Shown one piece after another: positions 1 to 11,932 of a stretch of DNA of 64,000 nt. The notes below the pieces were generated by a model. The model did not search any database and was not told where the DNA came from. It was given only the letters and a program-made list of their open reading frames with translations. Source of the stretch: Phoronis australis (Eukaryota > Animalia > Phoronida); contig NMRA01000097.1 of the NCBI GenBank assembly GCA_002633005.1, positions 84,978-148,977 on the forward strand, read 5' to 3'. Position 1 is the stretch's first letter; every line of letters begins with the position of its first letter. Both the position numbers and the translations under genes were made by a program.

Positions 1-233
1 TCATGGTCTTGTATGATATTGCTTTTTGTGAAATTCCTGCGTCTTTAGAAGGCACCCCTTGAGAAAATGTGTATGAAGGCAGTAAAGGCAATGTGTAATG
101 CGATTATTAATATAACATATTATTGTAGAATTTCTTGCTATTTAATCAGAAATAAGTAATCGATCGGAGCTAAATGGTGTACAGCATGCAATCTACCTCA
201 ACCAACATATCTAGTTTCAATTCTACATTACAG

Positions 234-301
234 AGGGCGACACAGTACAGGTGGATGAATCACTGTTTGAAGACTTGGACGATTTAGAGATAGAGGACTG
301 A
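234..301 (+). CDS. RWDD1: Terminal coding exon of RWD domain-containing protein 1 (rest of gene upstream of the window)
   Basis: Acceptor ttacag ends at 233. The exon reads (E)GDTVQVDESLFEDLDDLEIED-stop, resembling the conserved RWDD1 C-terminal VEVDESLFQEMDDLELED. AATAAA at 773-778. Confidence 0.75.
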
Positions 302-1074
302 TGTATCCACAAACTCAAACTGACGTCACGGTCATGTGACTGCTGATTTGGCGGTGTCGTTTACTGTGATTCTGTTGTGAGAAAAGTCAACTCTCCATTC
401 ATAGTCAAAAAGACTCGATTTAGCGACAGTGAGTGGTTATTGCCCTGGTACCCATTCTGACCACTGAGGACATTTCAAAGAAATAACGTGAAGTAAATGA
501 TGCACATCATAATGTGTCGGATGTTAACGACACAAAGTCGGCCATTAAAGCAGAAGATGCAATTTCTAAAACATCTCATGACTCGTTATACACTTGGCAG
601 AAACATGACATTTCTGCATGCAGGAAACAGGTTTTTTCCTGACAACTGCTGCACTTCTAATTATCAAAACAAAAATGAAATCTTTGTCACAATATATCAG
701 TGAGACTTCATTGAAAATATTTTTGGCCACCACTTTTATGATTAATTTACACTTTTTGACTTCCTTCCTGAAAATAAACATAAATGAAGTTAAATGAAAA
801 TTATGAATGTTTTTGTTTCCTGAAGTAAAGTATGATAGATGGCCTTAGCTGCACAAGGCAGACGATGCATTGCATGATTGCCCTACTTTTCAAACTAGGT
901 CAGGCACTCCTCAGTTGACTAACAACTCAGAAAAGAACAATACATGGCAAATCCAGCACTGATGATTGGCAATATTGCCAATTTCTTGGTCTGTGCATTG
1001 CAACCCAAAAACACTGTGATTACCAGTAGGTTTCAGAACAATGATGGATTGAATAAAAAATGGAATAAGAGATA

Positions 1075-2464
1075 CCGTATTCGCCTTAATAACCGCCCAT
1101 GCCCCAAAAACGCCCCCCACGCATTTTCAGACTTTGCTGAAATAAGCGCCCAGTCCATGAACATGTACATGCGAACAATGACGTACCTACAGTCCTAAAA
1201 CTCGGCTACAGTAACGTCTTCAATTTATCAAAAAATTTTTGCACGGGTCTTCTAGACCACCAACGGCACTGCTTCGTTTGTATTTAGCCGTGACTGTACA
1301 CTTCAAAGTAACGCCGTGTTTCAAAAAGAACGAAACAGCGTTGCTACTCTCGCAACGAACGTGTCCCACTATGGTATGACCTTTCAGTACAGACACAGCG
1401 ACGTCTCATGAATAAAAATAACTCGGTGTTAAACGCCCGAGGCCAGGAAGCGCATGCTACATACATGAACCCATAGACAGTCTATGCATGAACCTGTCAA
1501 CAAAGACATTAGTCTGGAACTATCCATTCATGAAACGGTTAGCATAGCATCAGTAAGAAATGAATATTGGCACTAATTTTGGACAATTTCTAATACTATA
1601 AAAATATTTGCGTTGTTTTTAAGATGGATTGTTTGATTAACCATACTTGGTGTTTTTAAGCCAAATATCCGATAAAATGACAATTGACAGTGAAAGCTTA
1701 CACATCCTTACACCGAAAAATAACTGTACGCATCCAGCTACACGGCAACTAATATGGGCCTTATCGAGACAAATGTCGAAAGTTTTTAGCACACGAGACC
1801 GGCAAGTGCTGAATGAAACACGCTCTGGTTTAGGCTTACTGCTTGTGTAAATTTCTTTAGATACAATGCACATCTAGCTTGTTAGATTGCGTGCCTCTGG
1901 CCAAAAGACTGTCTCTGCTTTGGCAAATGAACTCTGGTGACATGCATGCGCTCGCTTACTCACAAATGCAGACGAACTTCAAAACAAACGTCACGTGACA
2001 ACATGTGTGTTCGTCCAGACATTTTTCTCGTGTTAGCGATCACGCATGAAGATGGCACGATGTAGGACCGGTTTTTACTGAAACCTGCCGTTAATCCCGA
2101 CTCCACAGGAACTTAAAAATCTAAGGGACGCTACTTGGAAAAAAGGAGGATTTCAGGTAATTTGCTTGAGTCGAAACTGGATTTTTACTCAAGCATTCAA
2201 GTCGCCATATCAACGACGACGATTGCGAGGCAGTCAGTCGGCGAGTTTTCGCCCTGGGATTTCACCGAGCACCATTTCCAGTAAAATGATCGTAATTTAG
2301 AAGCAAAGTTTGATAGCAATGCACCACAGTTCTGTAGAAAGTCTTTCATAGCTTCCGATTTCACCCGTTTCGAGGACCGAGTTTCAACCGCCTTTGGTTA
2401 TAATAAGCGCCCCCCTGAACCGAACTTTTCTAAGCGCCCTGGGCGGTTATTACGGCGAATACGG
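1075..2464. mobile_element. Non-autonomous Tc1/mariner-pogo-type DNA transposon
   Basis: TIRs ccgtattcgccttaataaccgccc / gggcggttattacggcgaatacgg. TA TSD at 1073-74 and 2465-66. Subterminal taagcgccc repeats. No transposase ORF. Confidence 0.85.
1472..1486. mobile_element. 15-bp palindromic micro-element with 8-bp TSD
   Basis: catagac-a-gtctatg flanked by catgaacc at 1464-1471 and 1487-1494. Confidence 0.7.
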
Positions 2465-3016
2465 TACTTTCTAGTACATTTGGATGAGAAAAAACTGGAC
2501 GTGTGTTGCATTGTGGGTAAATAACATAGGATGTGAGTGGTGCTGCACTTTTTCAGGACAGGCCTAATCTGATCAATTCATTTAGTGTTGTCAGTTGTGC
2601 AAGTTACCAACATCAACTTGATGTCTGTTACAAACACAATGGAAACAGACAACTTGACTGTTCCTTACAACGCAGAAAAGAGAACTAAATGTTAAAAGAC
2701 AGTGCTGTGCCAAGAAAATGAAGAAATATATACAATATAGTACAATACAAGACCAGAGAACCACTAACTCATTTAGATCATCAACTAAAATACACCTGGA
2801 TTTGAGAGTCTCAGGAGTCAAATATGCAGAAGTTGGATATTTGCTGTCAACTCCCACATACTTAAGTGGTATGTTAAGTCTAGTTTTAAGTACTCAGCCC
2901 TTGAGGAATGTCCAGTTTTACCTTGCACAAATAAAATATCTGAAAATAAATGCTGCTTCTAGACATTTGTTCTAACGGATGATTTAGTGTTTCTGTTAAT
3001 CTCCACTTGGAATGAA

Positions 3017-6000
3017 CTAAATACTATAGACAGTTATCTTGATGTCCTCTCCACGAAATATTCCTGTTATCATTGAGGACACCTTGGACCAATCCAATCG
3101 ATCTAATCCACATCCAATCTTTGGCATTGATAAAGCCTTAATGTTGTTTTCTCTACAAATGTTCCTCATAGCCACAAGGGATGCCCTCAGAGAGCCGTAT
3201 GTAGGCTTTTTCCAATATTTGTCCTTCGTAACGAGGTAAAATATAATCCGCTGCCCTCGCCTCAATATGGCAACATCACCTGGCCTTTTACCTGAAAAAG
3301 TTAATGATTGGTTCATGAGAAATTCTGTACAGTAATTATGCTAAATCTGTATTTATTTAATTTAAAAATAATTTGCATGTTTTATTTTCAATGAAGTGAC
3401 TACTTTCCTATTTGCAATCCAGTGCTCTGTCTTGTTTATGACGCCTGTGTAACATGAACCTAGGTACTAAATGAATTCAGGCTTCTACTGTCTAGAACTT
3501 TGACTTTGACTTGACTAAATAGGTCAAGATTAATGCTATCATGGTTTTTAAGGCAATTAATAATGACAAAAACTATGAGCACGGACTCGAGACATTGCAC
3601 ATTGGCACTATACCTACTCAAGTGAGTATCCAAACACTAGCCCATTAACAATTCAAAGCATTTCTGCAGTGAAAAATGTTACAGTACTGAAAAGAATAGA
3701 AATATAAAACACAGGTTACAGAAGTACGCCATGGCAGCTCTTTGAAAAATTCTGATCAAGTTCATTCATCTTCGGATTACACATAGTAAAAACGTGTTTT
3801 GAGTGGATAAATGTTTGCACACCTGATAACAAAAATTGGACGGTATAAAGAATGGCTTCATCCAACAATTCCGAGGTTCTAATGCACTCCCAACATTGAC
3901 CTAGTTAAAAGCTCTGTTGCTAGAACTGACGTCGTGTTCACAATGCAACTATAAATTTGAATTGAGTTACAAGCATGGTCCATAACGTTCCATGTCACAA
4001 GTCTCAAGTAGTGTGATTTGGTTACATCGAACATTTCATAAAGGTCATGGGAAAATTCATACTAATGTCATTCCACTATATAAGGCATGCATCTATGACA
4101 AGAGCAACGCGCAATATTGAAATGCGCCCACGAATGCATCGCAAACGGTGCGCTTTAGGGTTGTTTATTTGTGTCATAAAAATGGCCACTAGATGGCGCG
4201 AAAATGTAAAATCCATCTGAAAATGGGAACATGTCATAGCTTCTTTAATAGAAAGCTATTAACCAAATTTCACATAAATCTGTCACAGAACTTCAGAGAA
4301 ACAAAAGAAAAGAGAATAAAATGAAATTGCCAATAGGGGGCACAGTGTTCAATGGCTTCTCCTGAAAGTTGTTATTGTCTGTTGTTAGCTTCATATAAAT
4401 ACACTTACTAAATTTAATAAAGATCCAGCTGTGGGTTTAGCAGATACAGCTGTGGGTGCAAAACAAAACAAAACTACCATATGATAGGAAACACCACAGT
4501 AGCCAAAGTCGTCATCGTCAACCATCCTCTTGACACAGAGAACATAAACACCAATTTTCAAAACCATCCTTAGAATGATTTGGTTGATAGAGGGGTGGAT
4601 GCCGAAAAACAGACTCGAAAACGGCAAAAATGGCCATTAGGTGGTGCAAAATACCTCAATTCCATCCAAAAGCGAGAGGATAGCGTCATCTCACCAATAG
4701 ATGCCTGAATTCAAAATTTTATGAAAATCCATTGAGGACCCTTGAAGATACAGAGGTAAACATAAAATCTAAAATTGCCACCAGGGGGCACACCAGTAGT
4801 CAGATCTGTCCAACAGTCGTTATTCTTTGTCAACATCATATAAATACACTTGTTAAATTTAGTAAAGATCCTGCAAATGGTGTAAGAGATGCAGTCATGG
4901 GCGCAAAAAAACTGCCACTAGGAGGCACCACAGTAGCTGAAGTCATCGGAAAATCATTGTCCGCCGTCCATTTCATAGTAAAAACATACATGCCAATTTT
5001 CACAATTATCCTGAAAGCGATTTGGATGATAGAGGGGTGGACGCCAAAAAACAGACTCAAAAGCGGTAAAAATGGCCACTAGGTGGCGCAAAAGTCAAAT
5101 CCACCTGGAAACCAAAAGATAGCCCCAACACACTAACAGAAGCATGTATGCCAAATTTTTTGAAAATATGTCAAGGACCTTTGAACATACAGAGGTTAAT
5201 GTGAAAAAAATAACCACCAGGAGGCACACCAGTAGTCTAATCCCTCCGAAAGTCGTCGCTGTCCTTTGTCAACATCATATAAATACACTTACTACATTTA
5301 GTAAAGATCCTGCAGACAGTTTAGGAGATACAGCCATAGGCGCAAAAAAAACAAAATTACCACTAGGAGGTACCACAGTAATCCAAGTCGTCGGAAAATC
5401 ATCGTCAGCCATCCACTTTATAGTACGAACATGCATGACAATTTTCATAATCAACCTTAGAGCGATTTGGTTGATAGAGGATGGACGCCTAAAAACAGAC
5501 TCGAAAACAGTAAAAATGGCAACTAAGTGGCGCAAATTACGTCGAATCTATCCGAAAACGGGAGGATAGCATCATCTCACTAATAGATGCCTGCATACCA
5601 AATTTTATGAAAATATGCTGAAGACCTTTGAAGCTATAAAGGTAAGCGTAAAAAACTAAAATTGCCACTAGGGGGCACACCGGTAGTTGGATCCATCTGA
5701 AAGTTCGATCATGCCGTCCCATCCATGAAAGGAATACAAGTGCAAAATTTCATGAACATACGTCAAACGGTTTTGGAGTTACAGCAACAGACGCCGGACG
5801 GACGCTGGACGGACGGACGAAGATGACGGCATAATGCGTCCACATATAAATATGCGGGGGCATAAAAATAGACAAATGACATGGCGATAGCCAACTAATT
5901 TCCACTACAATATTTCTTCAAAACAGAAAATTTCAAGAAAAGCAACTTTTTAAAATCTGAAGCTCATGCCACAGCAGATGTGAACCATGCAAATCGGCAT

Positions 6001-8412
6001 AACAACCACGGAGATTAACTGGTGATTTTTCTACTATGATTTTTGACCCAATGTAATTTCCCAAAGTGGCAAGAGTTAGAACCAAGATGGCTGAATCTCC
6101 CAGACTACCTCAGTGCAGTGATGTCACACTCCGTCCCCATTAAGAACTAAGAAGCTATACTACCGTCGCCAATACAATTTCTGTTAGGGTGGTAAAAATT
6201 AATGAGCAATTCAAAATCACACCTACACAGCGTAATACTAGAGGTCTCTGCCCCCTCCACCTCCCTACGCCCCTGCAGGATTGCGACACTCACCTTGTGC
6301 CAACAACTCGTCAACACCTCCAAATGTACTTTTGAAGACAGCAGCTATACCTTTTCCCATGTGGGCATCTTGACTTATGCAGTGAGCCAAAGAGTCTGAC
6401 TGAGGACAAGAGAACAGGTCGCCCTTTCTTTCAGTGTAGTGAAGTCGCTGCAAAACACAGTGTGCATCTATTAGCAACAGAGCAACCCATACATGCAGGA
6501 GAAGAAAAAGTAAGGGCAGCCACCTCACCCCCTTGTGCTTTACCAATCTGATAAGTAAGTCTACATATGGAGACGTTTCTTCACTTTGTTACGCAACATT
6601 ATGGTGAACAGTGAAATTTTCTTTCAAAAAAGTTAAAGCTAACAGGAGGAAAACGTTTTGCACAATTTACCTTGTACAGCAGTTGTTAACAAAAAAAGTT
6701 GAAATTTTGAGCATTTTAACAAATAATGCAATGAATTAAAAAATAAGTTCGAATACAGAGCAACTTTAGAATAACGTATTCATCACTGAATCTTATCACA
6801 ATCCAAATAGCCTTGCATTACGATAAACATCATTTATTAAAAGATTAATGCCACGATGTGCATCAACTACAGAATATGGTAATTACTTCAATTATTGTAT
6901 AAGCTCTGCATGACAGACAATGTGTTAACTTTGTGAAAGGTTACCTTCTCAGTCCTTGGGATAAGTCCTGGAGTAGTTTCAGACCTCAGCTCAGTTGTAT
7001 CTTCAGCTTTCAAGGTTTTCAAGTTCTCGTGTCCATCCAGACTTTTCGACTGAAATCAATTTTGAAAATTCCAATGTTTCCTTGACCAAAATGCAAAATA
7101 ACAACTACATAATGTGGAAAATTGATACATGTTGATAATATTGTACCACAAACTCTCTACTGTATATCATTGACCCTAGCCATTTGTTTAGTGTGATGTC
7201 ACTTTGACCCAGCTACATAAAATTAAAATGCCAAAATTAAAGAGGATGATAATAATTACCCGGTAGGACAAATTAACTTTGCACTATAAATTACTAAGCA
7301 CATTGAAAATTAATTTTTGGTCACGGACCTGGTGAATCCTAATCCTTCTGAACTCTCCAGCAGCAAAGTGGGTGCAACCTTTGTCGAAGCACACCGATTC
7401 ATCCAAATGCATAATGTTGTAAAAATTTCAAATGTAATTAAATTGTCTTTGTGGTTACATGAATCAGAAGAAGTCCAAGACCTGCAATTTTTTTTGAAAA
7501 TGTGATGTCATTGTGCATTTCTATTCCTATGGGTCCAAAACACATCACATTAGTGGCAGACAACTCATCAGTGAACATCCAAACATGTGATATAATACAT
7601 TTTTGAGAACATTTTAAGGTTATCTAGAACCTTAGTAAACGATCTCAAGTCTAAGTCAAATATCGAAAAAACCATTAAAAGTATATGTCATATAGGAGGA
7701 AGATCAAGGATTTTAAAAACATGCTTCTTACTAATGTCTTCATCATTGTCACATGAGCGTGTTGTTACAGTCAAATTTCCCTGTGCAAGAAAGATACATT
7801 CATAACAACCCAGTCGATTTTACTAAAACTTTTTTAAATGAAAACTTTTCAGACATTTGCAAAAAAGCCTCACGGCAAATAAATATTCTAAAAAGAATTG
7901 GACACCCTCTTGCGATAAATAGCAGACTTGCCAATGATTCTGTTAAATTTTATGTGGTAGAAATAGCCCAATTCACTAATGTTAACCTGTTCTTCAAACG
8001 ACAATAATGAATGAAGATTCTTGATAACAACTTAAACAATTAGTATATCGGTACATGGGCGGCGCACCATAGGGGGCTATAGCCCCCATTGTTTTCAGTG
8101 CTCAGGCGCCCATGGTCTATGGGCAGTGCATCACAGGGGGGGCTGGAGGGGCTATAGCCTCCCACTTTTTTCAGTGCTGCGCCGCCCATGCGGAATGTCT
8201 CAAAAACGCTGTTAGGAATTTTATATTACAACAGACCCTCACACCAGATTAGCTTATTTTATGGGACTCACTATTCTCTTGCAGTTGATAGCTTTAGTAG
8301 ACGTCTGTGACTGTGGTCTCTGTACTATTTTCTCACAGGTTTTAAACTTCTTGTCCGACTTCATGACGTGGAAATGTATCGCTTCATTTCCTGCCACTGC
8401 CATCCTACGCAT
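3017..8412 (-). CDS. OARD1: ADP-ribose glycohydrolase OARD1/TARG1 (macrodomain)
   Basis: Exons 8412-8272, 7049-6945, 6447-6294, 3291-3017; all GT-AG and phase-compatible. Macrodomain motifs [43 protein letters not shown]. The two 5' exons are less certain than the two macrodomain exons. Confidence 0.88.
4098..5868 (-). mobile_element. Helentron-associated non-autonomous element (HINE/DINE-1-like) with internal ~148-bp tandem array (~443-bp higher-order unit)
   Basis: On the minus strand: T-rich start, hairpin/subTIR (5834-5863), (GTCC)n microsatellite (~5790-5820), tandem array 4170-5700, subTIR gtgggcgcat and terminal ctcttgt. Lies in the last OARD1 intron; same family as 18210-19674. Confidence 0.8.
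8054..8190. mobile_element. MITE with CA..TG ends and 5-bp TSD (hAT5-like), internally dimeric
   Basis: TIR catgggcggcgca / tgcgccgcccatg. Flanks cggta / cggaa. Confidence 0.65.
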
Positions 8413-8539
8413 ATCAAATTACCAGAGCAGTTTAGAATTTCAGTGCAGAATCTTGCCAGTGAAGTATTTACTAATGCATGCCCATAAGACAACACTAACG
8501 TGTACACGACTGTGTTGGCTTACGTACTAAATAGAAATA

Positions 8540-8600
8540 TGTAGAAATTGCTGAACTGATACCGGAAGTTGGACGAACATGCGCAGCAGTTTTTTGGTAG
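8540..8600. promoter_or_regulatory. Probable OARD1 promoter (possibly bidirectional)
   Basis: ETS/GABP-type ccggaagt (8562-69) and NRF1-like catgcgca (8578-85), about 150 bp upstream of the OARD1 ATG. Confidence 0.5.
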
Positions 8601-10589
8601 GCTACTCAAATAATCGAACACTCAAGCTAAATGAACCAGCAAAAAAATGAAATGGTCACGTTTTGTACTCTTTCTGATTTTCTGATTAACTGAGAATTTT
8701 TAATGAGTTTCTGACTTCAATGTTACATGACATTCAATATTTTATTTTTTCGAAGTCTGAAGAACACTAGAAACTCCCCAGATTGTAACTGTAAACAAGG
8801 GGTATTCCCTTTCCAGGTCATCCTCGTGATTTCCCCCAGAGCCTCGTTTTCATATTGTCAGCTGATCCGTAGAGTGAGTGTTTGAAATGGCGTTAGCAGA
8901 AGAGGAGGCTATCTCGAACTGTCGTGAGCAATGTGTCGTTAGTCGTTGCTCATGTGTAAGTATCCAGTGTCTTATCTGTGGTCTTACATACCCTAGGCAT
9001 AAGTTGATCTGCTGATACTGGTTGATTATTTTCCCACAATTCAGTAGGCCTTAAATCCTCATCATTTCTTGATCTTTTGATTTCTGATTGGCCGTGCAGT
9101 TCTTTTCCTTTGTGTGGACATAAAAAATGCGTCGGCACTGTGTAGTTAATATTTGAGTATTCCAAAGACTTGCTGATGAGGTTACTCATAGAGTAACTTG
9201 CCTTTATAACTTTTTGTTGGTGTAGTTCCTTCTAGAGATTTTGCTATTTTATCTAGGTCCTGGACATTTGGCCTGAAGTGTCAAAATCTGTCAATGTTAG
9301 GACATTGTGAAAATCAGGCAGACAAAAGTCGCCTTTGGAGGAGGGATTTATACAGGATTCCATAACTTGGAGTTCAGTTCTGACCGAACATGCCTTGTTC
9401 CCGTGATGGTGCATGGGTACCCCAGTGGCCTTGGCGCCATTCACTGGTGTATTCCCATCTAATAGCTAAGCGAGTGCTGTGCGATCTGGAATCCAGTCGC
9501 TGCGTATTTATTGCCGCGTATCAGGGGAAAAGATCGAAGAGTGTGTAACCAGCACGAACTTGGTTGTATCTCCAAATTTACATTGCGTGCGATACTGGAA
9601 GGAGGAGGGCCAGAGACTATCCCGGTGCCTACCCTCTGACGTCACCACAGAAACAGAAACAGCTAAGAGAGTACAGTTATGTGGCAATATTGACGTCCAT
9701 AACATAAACCTTTTATTTATTCAATGACTTTAAAATGTAGTTATATGCTCTAAATTCAAACTCATTTTTCAAATGAAAGAAAAAGCGTAACTAAGAAAGA
9801 ATATGGTTTGTACAAATGAATGGTCTGCATACAGTTGACTGCAGTTTTGTGATTCATTTCAAAATCTTGGCTTCATTTCCCTGCCACTGATTATCAACAC
9901 ACCAGTGTTGTATCTATATTGTGATATTACGTAATAGGCCAAATACCCCTTCCCACTCCCAATTTTAAAAAATGGACTCTGGAGATAAAATTGATGGTCC
10001 AGAGACATGCGCAAATTGCTTATAGTGCAAATAAAAGTCTTTCTACACCATTGACAGTGCACAAAGCATTGGAAAACACTAGGGAAAAAGAAGTCTACAC
10101 AGACGTATGAAATGAAACAATATGCACAAATCCTCAAATCAACAAATAATGCAGCCTTCATACATTTAAGTTGTCAACCTTGAGTAAGTCAAAAAAGTCT
10201 AACATAGTGGTAAACTTTCCAGCTGCAATGTCCCGTCTTCCCATGAAGTTTAGACAGTCTGAATTTTTTTTGGTTAGTGAGTCGAATTTTTAATCACAGG
10301 CCTATGTGGACTCAACTGCCGAGCCTATGTTTTCTCTTACTCTCATTTCTTGCGTTATACAGCTTTTTTATGGTCCAGCATTGGTTTCACAATGTCTCAA
10401 AATTCAACGCTTTGAAGTTGGTTTTGCTAACACGAATTCTTTTGCAGAAACTGCACAACATCGAGTTCACGGTTTCGTCCAACATTTAATTAGGTATCTT
10501 GTAAACACACTAATTTTCATGCGTTTCCCATCCATGTACCCAACTTCTGCCATAGTAACTTATGATTTAGGCCACTGACCTTGCAAAGC

Positions 10590-10665
10590 GTGTCGCCATC
10601 TTGTTTCGTAGCTATAGATTAGAGAGGATTTGTAGTCTTGAGAAGAACTACAACTCAGAAATTGT
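10590..10665. promoter_or_regulatory. Promoter-like segment upstream of the UNC93-like gene
   Basis: YY1-type cgccatcttg (AAGATGGCG on minus) and ZNF143-like aactacaactcagaa. Confidence 0.4.
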
Positions 10666-11932
10666 TGTCATGCTTTAGATCTGAAATGTTGTTTTTGTCA
10701 CCAGAACATATGGTTTATGGCAGCTGTAGTGTATGTCATTCATTGGTTAAATTGAAACTATAGTTCTCGTAATCATTATCCCGAAAAGATACTTTTGCCG
10801 ACTCACACAAAAGTTGGGCTGTAATAGAGCGTGCCGCTAACTCAGATGCCCCACGAAATTTACAAGATCTGCAGTTTTGCTTTTGGTTGGTATTTTGACA
10901 CTCGGGTAATGTCTTGATGTGGTATAATGGGTTCAGCCTTGTGGCTTAAACACGCCTGATGTATGGCAAGGCACAGGTTGCCTGCATTCTTTTTTTAACA
11001 TCTTGACAGGTATCGTCTCGGGGGGGGGGAGGGGTGATTTTATCATTTGGTATTTCCTCTCTTTAGTATTATATGCAGTTGTTCCGGTATTGTATTGCTC
11101 TAAATTTGATGTCTGAGGCAGCACACCCCCTTACTCATTCATTATGTGGTGGAGAATCCGTGGATACTAAGTTAACTTCTCAGTCATTTCAAGTCTACTC
11201 TTGACTGTGGCTGTTATTTGTTGTTTTTAGTTGCCTGAAACAGACCAGCTGATTGTTGTGCCTGAAGAATGAATCCTGATGTTATGGCGACTACATTGCT
11301 TGGGGCGCTTTACTCCCGACTTGACACTCTACACTAGGTAGGGGAGAGATTAATACCCAGGTTGAGTTCTGTAGACACGAGAATCTTGTCTAGTAAGCTA
11401 CTGTGATCACATTCTTGTAATACATGTTCTCGGGTCTTCAGAATGGACGCCCATCACTGTATCTGTGTATAACACGCTGGATACTTAAGGAAGTTGTATG
11501 AACACTCCAAAGTGGTCGTGTCTGCGTTTTGTTATCTTGTAAAATTGTCAGAAATCAAGCAAGGCAATGTCAAAATTGGATGCCTTTTTAAAGTTGTATG
11601 TGTAAATTCAACGCATAAGTTTGAACAAGCAAGGACAGCTAATAATGAAAAATCCGTAGTTGATATCCAGGCAGTAATTTCGGATACACTAAACTGATTT
11701 AAGTGTAGTGAGCTGAGTGACACTGGGGAAACAAATACTAGTGATCGAGATATGAACAACACGCCCTCTTATTCAATGCTGTCCCCTATCGTGGACGTGT
11801 TGTAATGACGGTAGTTTTGGATAATCATGTAGAATATCTTTTTGTGGGCCTGTGGTAACTTTTTTATGACATTAAAGTATTGTTATTTTAGATACATTGA
11901 AAGGATCGAGATTTCTGCAATAATTGAAGATT

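Noticed and set aside
4170-5700. CRISPR-like repeat/spacer appearance
   Set aside because: The apparent spacers are homologous tandem units, the DNA is eukaryotic, and there are no cas genes.
4391-5722. Several mutually similar ORFs on both strands
   Set aside because: They are translations of the HINE tandem array, with no protein motif or splice structure.
7329-7481. Possible extra OARD1 exon
   Set aside because: The acceptor is preceded by poly-A rather than pyrimidines, and the phase is incompatible with the flanking exons.
9173-9215. Hammerhead-like CTGATGAG followed by a hairpin
   Set aside because: No GAAA after stem II and no identifiable stems I/III.
9257-9727. Selenoprotein read-through of two in-frame TGA codons
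   Set aside because: An in-frame TAA follows, there is no recognisable selenoprotein homology, and I found no SECIS.
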